From positions 433,992 through 497,991 of the forward strand of contig JBBCGK010000001.1 of assembly GCA_037200965.1 (NCBI GenBank): a stretch of 64,000 nucleotides of DNA. The letters are read 5' to 3'. Of this stretch, positions 1 through 9,953 are shown in pieces. Origin of the DNA: a bacterium (lineage in GTDB: Bacteria; Patescibacteriota; Minisyncoccia; Phycocordibacterales; Phycocordibacteraceae). The translations under genes were made by a program, and so were the position numbers. The notes below the pieces were generated by a model that worked only from the letters and a program-made list of their open reading frames with translations, was not told the origin of the DNA and searched no databases. Position 1 is the stretch's first letter; each line of letters opens with the position of its first letter.

Positions 1-404
1 TGCAGCCCAGGGTATCAAGGGACATGCTGATCTGGCGTCATCCCCACCTTCCTCTCCCGTGAGGGAGCAGTCTCGCCTGACATATATAACAGGCAACGGG
101 GGTTGCGTTCGTTACCCCACTGAAGGGAACAGTTCAAACCACGAACTGACGACGACCATGCATCACCTGTCCAGCACCCTCGAAGGCTCCGTCCCTTTCG
201 GGTCGGATGCAGCTGGATTTCTAACCCTGGTAAGGTTCTTCGCTTGCCGACGAATTAAGCCACATGTTCCACCACTTGTGCGAGTCCCCGTCTATTCCTT
301 TGAGTTTTAAGCTTGCGCTCGTACTACCCAGGCGGCTCGCTTATCGCGTTAGCTTAGCCCCACAGAGGGTCGATACTCCGTAGAGCGAGCGAGCAACGTT
401 TAGG

Positions 405-436
<32 letters not shown>

Positions 437-702
437 ATCCCCTGGCTTTCGTGTGTGAGCGTCAGGAACGTACCAGTCTATTGCCTTCGCCTTTGGTGTT
501 CCCCATGATATCAACGGATTTCACCCCTACACCATGAGTTCCATAGACCTCTTACGCCCTCGAGCCGTACCGTTTCCCGTGCGGACCGGAAGTTGAGCTC
601 CCGGATTTTACGCGAGACTAATACGGCCGCCTTGACACCCTTTACGCCCAGTGATTCCGGATAATGCTCGGGGCCTCTGTATTACCGCTCCTGCTGGCCA
701 TC

Positions 703-1632
703 GTGTGTGGCATGCCGCACGGGCATGCCGCTCATATCGCTATGAGGATCGGACTATATCATCACCCACCAATACTGATGGGGCTCGGCGTGTAGTCTCT
801 GAGGGGTCAAAGTATATATTCCGATGATCAGAAGGAAGCTTGTACCTGAAACAGGGCAGGATGTAAGGGGCGACGGTTCTTGTAAACGCGTCGCGTCCTT
901 CTTTCCCGATATACAGTTTCGGATACCGCTTCCCGCGGCACAGCGACAAATAGGTTTTTGCCGCGATGCCGAATCTCTCTAATAACAGCGCTTGCAGTCG
1001 CTTCACCTCCGATTCCGTGAAAGAATCAGTACTGATGTGGTACGCATAATGGGATTTTGCTCGATAATCGAGCCTCCCATCATCCATGAACCACACCGCG
1101 AGCGTGAGCGGCGACCGGAACAATTCGGTGATATTTCCAGGAACGACCTTCTCGCGTCCCGCGTAGAAGATTTTGCGCATGTCTTCGAGGTTCTCGAAGA
1201 AACGCGTTCCGAAATACCACTGTTTCGTATCCGGTCTTTGCTTCGGAGGAGTTTTGACGAGATGCGCGAAGTGACTATAAAGCCACACTACATACTCCTT
1301 TCGTTCCTCCGATTGCTTTACCTGCAATCGGGTGCCTCGATAGCCGTTAAACTCGAGATTTCCATCTCCGAGCATGAGGCCTACGAGCACATCCCGTTGT
1401 TGCTTCGAGAGCGCACAGATCATCTTCACAATTATACTCGACTTCCCTGCTGATTGTCTCTTGGGATCTGATTTTGATTTCAAAGAAATCTAAACCAGAC
1501 GCAGTCCACAAGAGAGTTCCAGCATATAGCCAAGTTTTCGATCTCGATTTCTCGAGAAAGCTGCACGCGGTAACGAACGGTTCGTGAGAACCGTTCGATT
1601 TGCTCCAATGCGCAGAGCCACCTGCGCACGTG
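703..1632 (-). mobile_element. Intron in 16S rRNA (group I-like, approximate boundaries), inserted just 5' of the 515F site (E. coli ~508-515)
   Basis: 16S collinearity breaks after the ...GGCTCCTAACTCTGT block (~1633) and resumes at TGGCCAGCAGGAGCGGTAATAC (~702). ~930 nt of non-rRNA sequence lies between and contains the LAGLIDADG ORF. Conserved core motifs are shared with the 23S introns. Confidence 0.75.
740..1483 (-). CDS. LAGLIDADG homing endonuclease (two-motif), intron-encoded
   Basis: Motifs LVGLMLGDGNL and AVWFMDDGRL in a 247-aa ORF lying wholly inside the 16S insertion. Confidence 0.85.
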   Translation of the reverse strand: MKSKSDPKRQSAGKSSIIVKMICALSKQQRDVLVGLMLGDGNLEFNGYRGTRLQVKQSEERKEYVVWLYSHFAHLVKTPPKQRPDTKQWYFGTRFFENLEDMRKIFYAGREKVVPGNITELFRSPLTLAVWFMDDGRLDYRAKSHYAYHISTDSFTESEVKRLQALLLERFGIAAKTYLSLCRGKRYPKLYIGKEGRDAFTRTVAPYILPCFRYKLPSDHRNIYFDPSETTRRAPSVLVGDDIVRSS

Positions 1633-2223
1633 TACAGAGTTAGGAGCCCCTTATTCCCCGGGTACCGTCAATTACTTCGTCCCCGGGAAAAGCTGTTTAC
1701 GTACCTAAGCACTTCGTCCAGCACGCGGCGTCGCTCCGTCAGGCTTGCGCCCATTGCGGAATATTCTCGTCTGCGGCCTCCCGTAGGAGTATGGGCCGTA
1801 TCTCAGTCCCATCGGTGGGGGTCAGCCTCTCAGCTCCCCTAAACGTCGTAGCCTTGGTGAGCCATTACCTCACCAACTAGCTGATATTACGCAGGTGACT
1901 CCCGGAGCAATAAATCTTTACTCTCGCGAGACCATCGGGAATTACCCAACCTTTCGGCTGGCTATGCCCGACTCCGGGGGATCTCCCTGCGCGTTACTAC
2001 CTCGTTCGCCACTGCCCTTGCGGGCCGTTCGACTTGCATGACTTATCCACGCCGCCAGCATTCATCCTGAGCTAGGATCAAACTCTCATTAAGAATAGGC
2101 GGAACAAAACAAAACATAACTTACAGGTTTTCTTGCACCCCCAAGACCGTGCCGGTCCTGGGGACTTTATTCGTATGTCAGAGAGCAAATAAAACCGGCC
2201 CCCTGTGGGGCAGGTAAAGCCAT

Positions 2224-2250
2224 ACTATAGGAGGGCGGGAGGGGCGTCAA
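2224..2250 (-). promoter_or_regulatory. Putative sigma70-type promoter for 16S rRNA
   Basis: Minus strand reads TTGACG-N15(cccctcccgccctcc)-TATAGT about 130 nt upstream of the 16S 5' end. The C-rich spacer resembles the 23S promoter. Confidence 0.4.
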
Positions 2251-2347
2251 GAGGCGTTTTGATGGGCGTCGTAACGAACCGGAGACCCTTTGGACAGGCC
2301 TTAGCGCTTATGGTATATCTGGCCCAGATCCAACGGAGATTACGCAC

Positions 2348-2833
2348 ATGGGAACTCGGGTAGCCGACATGGCCAAGGCCATGGGAATGTCCTATATAGA
2401 CCTGAACCGCCGACTCTTTCCAGTCAACGCTCCCGCCAGGCTGGTGCCGACCATTGAAGAACTCGAGGAGGAACTGGAAGAATCTGAGACGATGGGCGAG
2501 GTCGCGTACGTCATAAACGAAACGAAGCCCGGAAGCCCCCTCAGGCACCGGGCAACCCAGAAACACTATGCGCTCTGGATCAAAGCCCGTGACGAAGCGC
2601 GCACGATTGCTGAGTGGTACGAAGTGCATCGCTTCGCGCGATTCGACAAGCAACGCGACGCTGCCAGGGCCAAGATCGACAATATCTTCGAGTCGAAATT
2701 CAATGCGGCAGACACTCTCCCGAAACTCATGGAACTTTGGGAAGCGTTGCCGCGGAAGAGCAGGACTTTCGGCTATCTGCGGACACGCATGCTCTTCAAG
2801 ATCGCCGAATACTACCAAGATGAAGGGGGATGA
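2348..2833 (+). CDS. Hypothetical protein (161 aa)
   Basis: Clean ORF with acidic EELEEELEE tract; no recognisable motif. Confidence 0.5.
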   Translation: MGTRVADMAKAMGMSYIDLNRRLFPVNAPARLVPTIEELEEELEESETMGEVAYVINETKPGSPLRHRATQKHYALWIKARDEARTIAEWYEVHRFARFDKQRDAARAKIDNIFESKFNAADTLPKLMELWEALPRKSRTFGYLRTRMLFKIAEYYQDEGG

Positions 2834-2958
2834 ATCTTTGAAAGGGCCTGCGGAAACGCGGGCCCTTCACTGTTTCCCTTATAAAACGATTCTTACCTCC
2901 GACAAGTTGCATGCGGCGTTGAAAAGCGTATGCTGGTTGAAGCCGTCAAACCTTACCT

Positions 2959-3651
2959 ATGAGCGCATCACCGCGGGAGCGTGTTGTCGTGTCTGTCGGA
3001 GGGTCTCTTATCGTCCCTGAGGGGATCGATGCTTCATTTCTCGCGCGCTTCCGCGAGCTTATTCTCAAAAAGATTTCCGAGGGCTTTTCTTTTTATATCA
3101 TCACGGGCGGCGGGAAGACCGCGCGCAGCTATCAGGAAGCCGCGCATCTTGTTCGCGGCGATCTCCCGCGCGAAGACCTCGATTGGCTCGGCATCCACTC
3201 GACCAGACTCAACGCGCACCTCATGCGCACGCTTTTTCGCGAGCAGGGGCACGCGAAGATCGTAAAGGATCCGACAATGGTCCCTGAGGAAAGCCCGGTT
3301 ATCATCGGTGCCGGATGGAAGCCCGGCTGGTCGACCGACTATTGCGCCGTGCTTGCGGCAAAGGCGCTCGGCGCGAAGCGCCTCGTGAACCTGTCGAATA
3401 TCGACTACGTATACGACAAAGACCCGAGGAAATTCGAGGGTGCGAAGAAGCTTGAAAAACTATCCTGGAGCGAGTTCCGAAGCCTTATCCCTGCCGAGTG
3501 GGATCCGGGGCTCTCTTCCCCGTTCGATCCGGTAGCGGCCAAGGAAGCGGAGGCGCTTGGTCTTGAAATCGCCATCATGAACGGCGCGCGTCTTGATGAA
3601 TTTGAAAACTATTTAGAAAATAGGAACTTCGAGGGAACGGTCATTTCATAA
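2959..3651 (+). CDS. pyrH: UMP kinase (short, archaeal-like amino-acid-kinase fold)
   Basis: VVVSVGGSLIV N-terminal nucleotide-binding motif, ITGGG, 230 aa. Confidence 0.8.
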   Translation: MSASPRERVVVSVGGSLIVPEGIDASFLARFRELILKKISEGFSFYIITGGGKTARSYQEAAHLVRGDLPREDLDWLGIHSTRLNAHLMRTLFREQGHAKIVKDPTMVPEESPVIIGAGWKPGWSTDYCAVLAAKALGAKRLVNLSNIDYVYDKDPRKFEGAKKLEKLSWSEFRSLIPAEWDPGLSSPFDPVAAKEAEALGLEIAIMNGARLDEFENYLENRNFEGTVIS

Positions 3652-3692
3652 CGAAACGGGCCGCTTTCGCGGCCCGCAAGTTGGGGAAGACC

Positions 3693-4589
3693 TTAGTGAT
3701 ATAGGAATGAGGAATCCGACATCACGACCTGTCCGAGCGACAGGTCTTTGACCCATCCCGGCATTTCAGTCCGATGCTCATGCACGAGCGCGGCGAGGCG
3801 CAACTGCATGCTCGCCTCGGAACCTGTGATTTTCTTCTCTTCGATCTCACGCAGCACTCGGGCGATCTTGTCGGCAAGATACGGCGCAAGCGCTCCGGTA
3901 AACACGTTGAGCTGCATACCGGACCTGTCTCTGGTCTCTTGCGGGCCCAATGCCTGATAGTGCGTCGCAAGAAGTCCCTGGAGCGATGCGTTCGGCTTGA
4001 GCCTGAAGTCGACTGAAACGAGAGCATGGATGGTATAGCCCCCGTACCAGGCAACTGTGACCGGTACAATAGCGGAACGGCGCCAGACCGGCACCGGGAC
4101 GCTACGTACTTCCAGGCGTTCGGCCTGCACGATCTGCCCCGGCAAGAGCATCCGGCCATCGTCGGTTATCCGCACATACCCAGGAGCGGTACCGAGCAGA
4201 TGTCCGCCTTGGTTTATGTAGAGCGCCGCCGCAGTCGGCATGAGGGCGAGCAGCGTGAAGACGCTCAGCGTGATCGGGATAGCTTCGTCGGTCGCTTCGT
4301 AGAACCAGTACAGCGGACCGAAGTATTTGCGCGTCTTTCCTGTCCAATCATCTGTCCACACGAGAATAAGCGCGTAGGCACTGAGACAGATAACGCCGCC
4401 CGCCGACACCCAGATCGGCGTCCATTCCCAGAACGCGGCATTGTCTTCCATGGCGCTCACCCCATAGGCGTCCAATAGATACAGGGACGAAAAAAGAAAA
4501 GCGGCGACACTCACGGCGAAACCGGCAGCAATAAAGGCGGTCCGGCCCAGCCAGTGTGGGAGCTCGAAGCTCCGCGTTGTTGCAGTCAT
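3693..4589 (-). CDS. Hypothetical integral membrane protein
   Basis: 298-aa ORF with several hydrophobic helices. Confidence 0.5.
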   Translation of the reverse strand: MTATTRSFELPHWLGRTAFIAAGFAVSVAAFLFSSLYLLDAYGVSAMEDNAAFWEWTPIWVSAGGVICLSAYALILVWTDDWTGKTRKYFGPLYWFYEATDEAIPITLSVFTLLALMPTAAALYINQGGHLLGTAPGYVRITDDGRMLLPGQIVQAERLEVRSVPVPVWRRSAIVPVTVAWYGGYTIHALVSVDFRLKPNASLQGLLATHYQALGPQETRDRSGMQLNVFTGALAPYLADKIARVLREIEEKKITGSEASMQLRLAALVHEHRTEMPGWVKDLSLGQVVMSDSSFLYH

Positions 4590-4675
4590 TGGATTATCCT
4601 CCGTAACGAGCTTGGTTGCCTAAGGCATTATAGCAGATAAACGTGGCACTGTAAAACGACGACGTCCACTGATCG

Positions 4676-5227
4676 TTATCTTGAAACTTCCGAGAGGATC
4701 CGGTCTATCTGCTTATGAAGCTCTTCGAGCGTGCCGTCGTTGGTGATTGTAAAGTCAGCCGAATCAATGACGGCACGGATATTGTGCTTTGCCGGATCGT
4801 TCGATGCTATTTCCCGCTCGTTGTCCTCGACAAACTTCTCAAAAGAAACCTGATCGGTCTCGGTTCCCCGCTTCCGTATACGTTCGTAGCGCGCTCTGAC
4901 ATCCGCGTCCACGCCCAGGATTATGGCCCCGTGCTCCCGGAGGAAATTCGCCTCTCCGAGCGTATGCAATGACTCGATGATAACATCGGCTCCGTACGAT
5001 TGCGCGCGCTTCAGAAGCTCTCCCGTGATATATCCGGCTCCATGTTTCGCGCGTAAATCGTTCGCGACGATGCTCAGATTATCGCGAACGCGCGGAAGGC
5101 CCCGGCGATCCACTTCTTCCCAGAGAAAGTTACGAACCGAGAAATGTGTAAATCCTTGTTCTTCGACCAAGTACTCGACCACCGTTCCCTTCCCCGCCCC
5201 GAGCGTCCCGGCGATACCGAGAATCAT
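4676..5227 (-). CDS. P-loop nucleotide kinase (dephospho-CoA kinase-like / NMP kinase-like)
   Basis: GIAGTLGAGKGT Walker A at the N-terminus, ~183 aa. Confidence 0.6.
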   Translation of the reverse strand: MILGIAGTLGAGKGTVVEYLVEEQGFTHFSVRNFLWEEVDRRGLPRVRDNLSIVANDLRAKHGAGYITGELLKRAQSYGADVIIESLHTLGEANFLREHGAIILGVDADVRARYERIRKRGTETDQVSFEKFVEDNEREIASNDPAKHNIRAVIDSADFTITNDGTLEELHKQIDRILSEVSR

Positions 5228-5230
5228 GGG

Positions 5231-6139
5231 CTATTTCTTCGCGAACCGGTGCGCGAGCGGGATAAGGAGCGGGGCGGAGCGGCAGATGGAAGAGAACGTT
5301 CCGGCGACGACGCCGACGAGCATCACGAGCGCGAAGTTGACGGTCACGGGCGCGCCGAAGAAAACGAGTGCGAGGAGTGCGAGCGCGACCGTGAGCCCGG
5401 TATTGATGGAGCGCGTCATGGTCTCGTCGATCGACTTGCCGATCGTCGTCTCGAACGATTCCTTAAGCCCGGTCTTCTCGTTCTTCGCAAGGTGCTCGCG
5501 GACGCGGTCGAAAATGACGATAACGTCGTTCACGCAGTACCCGAGAAGGGCAAGAAGGGCGACCACGAAGAGCGAATCGACTTGAGCGCCCGTGAAATGG
5601 CACAGCGCCGCGAAGAAGCCGGTCGGCACGATGATGTCGATCGCGAGCATGGCGACGACGGTAAGACCGTAGGTCCAGCCGGGGACCGGAGGCGGGACTT
5701 TCCGGAACGCCCAGGCGATATAGAGCACGATGGCGAGGACGACCGCGAGGATGGCCCAGATCGCTTTCTTGCCAAGCTCGGTGCCGAGAGCAGGCCCGAC
5801 GCTCGTGAATTTGTCTTCGGTGAACTCCGCCGTGCCGCCAAGGGTAAGCGCGGAAAGGACTGCCTCGTGTTCCGCGGGAGTGAGCGTCCGGGTACGAAGC
5901 GTTACGCCCGTCTCTCCCGACTGGCGGAGCGATATTTCCCCGAGCGCGACCCGGTCGGTAACGCTCTTCTTAAGCACGTCGAGCGAAGGCTCGGACGTGG
6001 TGTACGTGGCCTCAAGGAGCGACCCGCCCGTGAAATCGATGCCGAGCGGAAGACCGAAGAAGACGATGGCGCCGAGCGCGGCGGCAAGGATGACTCCGGT
6101 GATCCAGAAGAACAGCGTGCGATGGTTGACGATATACAT
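5231..6139 (-). CDS. secF: Protein translocase subunit SecF
   Basis: SecF-like topology and motifs (GIDFTGG..., conserved C-terminal TM bundle); immediately downstream of secD. Confidence 0.85.
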   Translation of the reverse strand: MYIVNHRTLFFWITGVILAAALGAIVFFGLPLGIDFTGGSLLEATYTTSEPSLDVLKKSVTDRVALGEISLRQSGETGVTLRTRTLTPAEHEAVLSALTLGGTAEFTEDKFTSVGPALGTELGKKAIWAILAVVLAIVLYIAWAFRKVPPPVPGWTYGLTVVAMLAIDIIVPTGFFAALCHFTGAQVDSLFVVALLALLGYCVNDVIVIFDRVREHLAKNEKTGLKESFETTIGKSIDETMTRSINTGLTVALALLALVFFGAPVTVNFALVMLVGVVAGTFSSICRSAPLLIPLAHRFAKK

Positions 6140-6142
6140 ACG

Positions 6143-7444
6143 TTATTTGCGAAGCCCGCTACCAGTAAGAAAACGCCATGCCCCCGTGTTTGCTTCGGGC
6201 AGTATCGCAAGCAGGAAGATGCGCGAGACGGTGACGGCGGAGACGAGCGAAGCGATGACGCCGAGCGCGAAAACGAGCGCGAAGCCCTGGATGAGGCTCG
6301 TTCCGAGCCAGAAGAGAATCACCGCGGAAATAAGCATCGTAAGGTGGCCGTCCCTGATCGCGGGCCACGCGCGGCTGAAGCCGATGTGCGCGGCTTCGCG
6401 GGGCCCCTTCCCTTCGCGAAGCTCTTCCTTGATGCGCTCGAAGATGAGCACGTTCGCGTCGACCGCCATACCGACCGATATGATAAGCCCCGCGATGCCG
6501 GAGGCGGTAAACGTGACCGGAATGAATTTCATCACGGAAAGGACGAGCGCGAGATAGCCGACGAGGGCAACGTCCGCGACCAGGCCCGGAAGACGGTACC
6601 AAAGAAGCATGAAAACCGCGACCAGGAGGAATCCGACGATGCCGGCAAGCACTCCGGCGGTAATGGCGTTCGCGCCAAGAGTCGGCCCCGCGGTGTTCGA
6701 ACCGATAAGTTCGATCGGGACCGGAAGCGCGCCGAAGTTAAGGTTCTGCACCAGGCTCTTCGCTTCGGTCGCGTTGAACTTACCGGTAATGGTTGCGGTG
6801 CCGCCCGGAATCGCCTCCTGAATGACGGGCGTCGAAATCGGCGAGCCGTCGAGGAAGATGCCGAGTATGTCGCCGACGTGCTCGCTCGTGATTTTCTCGA
6901 AAAGCTTCGCGCCTTCGTCGTTGAACTTGAGAAGGACAATAGGGCTTCCAAGCACGTTGCTTGCGCCGCCGTTCCCGAATTCAAGCGACGCATTCGCAAG
7001 ATACTGGCCGGTGAGTCCGGTCGAGACGAACTCGGTCGTCGTGCCGACCGTCTTCTGGAGCCGGAATTCGAGCACCGGCGTCTTGCCGATCGCGTCGACC
7101 GCGGCCTTCACGTTCGTGACGCCCGGGAGATCGACGATAAGGCGGTCTTCCGCCTGGCCGTTGAGGGTGCTCGCCCGCTCGGTCTGGACGAGGGGTTCCG
7201 CGACGCCGAAGAGGTTCACGCGGCGCTCGATAACCTGATGAAGCGACGCGAGGGCGCCCGGGCGGCTTGCCTCAGCGATCGAGGCAGTATCCGCCTTATA
7301 GGTGAGTTCGGTACCTCCCGCAAGGTCGAGGCCGAGCTTGAAGCGCCACGGGGACTCGGGATTGGCCTGGGTCGACCAGACGAACCATATAAGCGCGGCT
7401 CCTATGATAAGGAGCCCGATGGCGGCAAGCCGATGATGCTTCAT
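6143..7444 (-). CDS. secD: Protein translocase subunit SecD
   Basis: LGLDLAGGTEL motif, periplasmic domain plus C-terminal TM bundle, 433 aa. Confidence 0.85.
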   Translation of the reverse strand: MKHHRLAAIGLLIIGAALIWFVWSTQANPESPWRFKLGLDLAGGTELTYKADTASIAEASRPGALASLHQVIERRVNLFGVAEPLVQTERASTLNGQAEDRLIVDLPGVTNVKAAVDAIGKTPVLEFRLQKTVGTTTEFVSTGLTGQYLANASLEFGNGGASNVLGSPIVLLKFNDEGAKLFEKITSEHVGDILGIFLDGSPISTPVIQEAIPGGTATITGKFNATEAKSLVQNLNFGALPVPIELIGSNTAGPTLGANAITAGVLAGIVGFLLVAVFMLLWYRLPGLVADVALVGYLALVLSVMKFIPVTFTASGIAGLIISVGMAVDANVLIFERIKEELREGKGPREAAHIGFSRAWPAIRDGHLTMLISAVILFWLGTSLIQGFALVFALGVIASLVSAVTVSRIFLLAILPEANTGAWRFLTGSGLRK

Positions 7445-7504
7445 GATGGGCCTAGTATAAGGAATTAGGGGCCGGATGCAACCGCATCCGAACCAGGTGG
7501 AATC

Positions 7505-7774
7505 TTATTCAAAAAGATCGGCATGGGTGCCGGTGCGGTGGAGGATAATACTGGATTCCGTGACGGCATAGACGAGGAGCCAGTCGGGTTCGATATGGCA
7601 TTCGTCGGTTCCTTTCCACTCCCCTTGAAGGGGGTGAGGCTTGTAGTCCGGGGGAAGGCTGCCTTGAGCCGCAAGCAAGCGCGTGACGGCCACCATCTTC
7701 TCTCGATCTTTCCCCCGTTTTAACTGACGCCGGATATCTTTCTTGAACCGGCTTGTTTGAAGAAGAATCCTCAT
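7505..7774 (-). CDS. yafQ: Type II toxin YafQ/RelE family (mRNA interferase)
   Basis: DYKPHPLQGEWKGTDECHIEPDWLLVY...RTGTHADLF closely matches YafQ. The true start is probably the internal Met (MRILLQ...). Confidence 0.8.
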   Translation of the reverse strand: MRILLQTSRFKKDIRRQLKRGKDREKMVAVTRLLAAQGSLPPDYKPHPLQGEWKGTDECHIEPDWLLVYAVTESSIILHRTGTHADLFE

Positions 7775-8040
7775 GCGCGCATAGCGCGCAACTCCTTCTC
7801 CCATGCATCGAACGATTTCGGCTTCAGCAGCCCGCGGCCCTTACGGGCATCGCGGATGACTTTTGCGGTTTCGGCGTTGGGGATATTGGTACTGAACGGG
7901 AGTCCTTGGTTGAGGGTTACTTGCGTATAGAAGAGCGTAACGGCATCCGTCGGGGAGAGGCCGATTCTCGAAAGCACCGCCTCTCCCCTGCGCTTGAGCG
8001 AGGGTTCCATGCGGGCTCGTACCGTTGCGGTTTTTGCCAT
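7771..8040 (-). CDS. dinJ: Antitoxin DinJ/RelB family
   Basis: VRARMEPSLKRRGEAVLSRIGLSPTDAV... ribbon-helix-helix DinJ-like; 4-nt overlap with yafQ. Confidence 0.75.
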   Translation of the reverse strand: MAKTATVRARMEPSLKRRGEAVLSRIGLSPTDAVTLFYTQVTLNQGLPFSTNIPNAETAKVIRDARKGRGLLKPKSFDAWEKELRAMRA

Positions 8041-8078
8041 ATGCGCAGTGTAGCCCATTTGGGCTACACTTGCAAATC

Positions 8079-8891
8079 CTAAGAGTATTCGGCGAGCTCG
8101 ATAACGTTCTCAAACAGTTTCGCAACGGCGACCGGACCCACTCCTCCCGGGACGGGCGTAAAAAGAGAACATTTTTCGGCACCCGCCGGATCGGCATCTC
8201 CCCTTATAACGCCGCCGGACTCGGAGGTGCCCGCATCGATAAGGATGACTCCCTCCTTGATTATCTCAGGCTTCACAAGCCCCGCGGAACCCGCGCCCGC
8301 GACGATAATGTCCGCGCCGGAAAGCATGCGCGCGAGCTCTTCCGGAGCCGTTTCGATGGTCGCTATGGAAACGTCCGCACCTTGGCGGTTAAGCCATGTC
8401 GCAACCGGAGCGCCGACCAGCCAGCCATTCCCTATGACTACAGCCTTCTTCCCCGCTATCGATACGCCCCTCACTATTTCCGCGACCGCGCCGACGACCG
8501 GCGGCAGGAGCGCGCCGTCTTCTCCTCTTTCAAACCGCGCCCGGGCCGCGGACGAAAGCACGTCAGCGTCTTTTTCCACAGGAATCGCGTCGAGTACCGC
8601 CTGCGTATCGACCGTGGCCGGAAGCGGAAGCTGTACGATGAGCGCGTCTTCCGTAGCGGCCGTGACCGCGGCGATGAGCTCGGTTGTGGTCGCGGTCTCC
8701 GGGAGCGTCTGCACGATCATCCCGATACCGGCCTCCGCGGCGCGCTTTTCTTTGATCTTAAGATACGACGCCGTCGCGGCATTGCCCCCGCAGGCAACCA
8801 CGCGAAGCGTCGGCATGCGTCCGAGCTGTTCGGAACGCGCTCTGGCGCGCGAGAGTATATCCGCTGCGAGTCTCTTTCCGTCGAGAATCAT
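8079..8891 (-). CDS. folD: Bifunctional methylene-THF dehydrogenase / methenyl-THF cyclohydrolase
   Basis: MILDGKRLA... start, GxGxxVG Rossmann (VVIGNGWLVGAPVA), PVPGGVGP motif. The longer ORF upstream of this Met is an Arg-rich artefact. Confidence 0.85.
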   Translation of the reverse strand: MILDGKRLAADILSRARARSEQLGRMPTLRVVACGGNAATASYLKIKEKRAAEAGIGMIVQTLPETATTTELIAAVTAATEDALIVQLPLPATVDTQAVLDAIPVEKDADVLSSAARARFERGEDGALLPPVVGAVAEIVRGVSIAGKKAVVIGNGWLVGAPVATWLNRQGADVSIATIETAPEELARMLSGADIIVAGAGSAGLVKPEIIKEGVILIDAGTSESGGVIRGDADPAGAEKCSLFTPVPGGVGPVAVAKLFENVIELAEYS

Positions 8892-9952
8892 TTGTGGCGG
8901 CGCGCGCTTTCGGGCACGAACGACTCGTACGCGCCGTTGGTGTAATAGAAGGCGTCGAAGCTCGGGTAAGCATATGCATATCCGAGTTCCCTCGTAACTT
9001 TCGAGCCGTCGACCGCGATGGGATACGAATAGCTTTTCCAGGCCCCCTTGCCGGTCGGAATCTTCCCGCGCGAAAGATGCCAAAATACGAAAAACGGGAA
9101 GCGCACCATCCACGGATATACGGGAAGCAGCCGCTTCCCCACCGCCTTCGCCATATCGGGCCCGAGAACAACCGGACCCGGAGGGCAGATATTGAAGACC
9201 TCGTATCCCTTGACCGGTTCGCCAAACGCGAGACGCTCGACGATACCGACGACGTCGTCCTCGTGTATGAACTGCCGGAGCCACTTAGGCGTGACCGGAA
9301 CAAAGGAAACCATGCCGGAGACGAGACGATAGGCGAAGGAATCCTTGAGCTGCCCCGAAAGCGCGGCCTGAAGCCCGAACCGGATACGCATGAACCGCCC
9401 GCGGGGGCCCGTGATGGCCGCGGGGCGCACGACGGCGACGTTCACCCGCTTATCGCTTTTCGCATATTTCTCTTCGAGATGCTCCTCGGCAATCCTCTTC
9501 TCTTCCGCATATAGATAGTCCATTTTTCGGAACGGCTCGTCTTCCGCATACCGGTGTCCGGTCGAGTTGTCGGGATACGCGCCATAGGAAGCGACGGTGG
9601 AGAAATGGATCAGGCGCTCGACCGAAGGTTCGCCGAGCGCGAAATCGAATACCGCGTCGGATCCGTCGATATTCCACTTCCACGTAAGCGCATGATCGCC
9701 GTACACCTCCCGTATCTGCCACGCGGTGTGGATCACGATATCCGGCCTTTCCGCCCGCGCCCGCTCCTGCCAGGTCCCGTCGGAAGTATTGGCCTCTATA
9801 TAGAGAAGCTTCGGTTCCTTGGCGAGCAGTTCCGGAAGCGGTTCTTTATCGACGCCGATGATGCGTCCGATGTCCTCGCGCTTCGCGAAGCGTTCGACGA
9901 GCATGGCGCCTACATACCCTGCCGCCCCGGTGATGAGTATCGTGCGCTTCAT
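8888..9952 (-). CDS. NAD-dependent epimerase/dehydratase (SDR family)
   Basis: ITGAAGYVG Rossmann motif at the N-terminus; overlaps folD start by 4 nt. Confidence 0.75.
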   Translation of the reverse strand: MKRTILITGAAGYVGAMLVERFAKREDIGRIIGVDKEPLPELLAKEPKLLYIEANTSDGTWQERARAERPDIVIHTAWQIREVYGDHALTWKWNIDGSDAVFDFALGEPSVERLIHFSTVASYGAYPDNSTGHRYAEDEPFRKMDYLYAEEKRIAEEHLEEKYAKSDKRVNVAVVRPAAITGPRGRFMRIRFGLQAALSGQLKDSFAYRLVSGMVSFVPVTPKWLRQFIHEDDVVGIVERLAFGEPVKGYEVFNICPPGPVVLGPDMAKAVGKRLLPVYPWMVRFPFFVFWHLSRGKIPTGKGAWKSYSYPIAVDGSKVTRELGYAYAYPSFDAFYYTNGAYESFVPESARRHK

Positions 9953-9953
9953 A

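Noticed and set aside
5144-7468. 774-aa plus-strand ORF (Arg/Glu/Asp-rich)
   Set aside because: It is entirely antisense to secD-secF. Its composition is typical of reverse-strand translation of high-GC genes, and it has no motifs.
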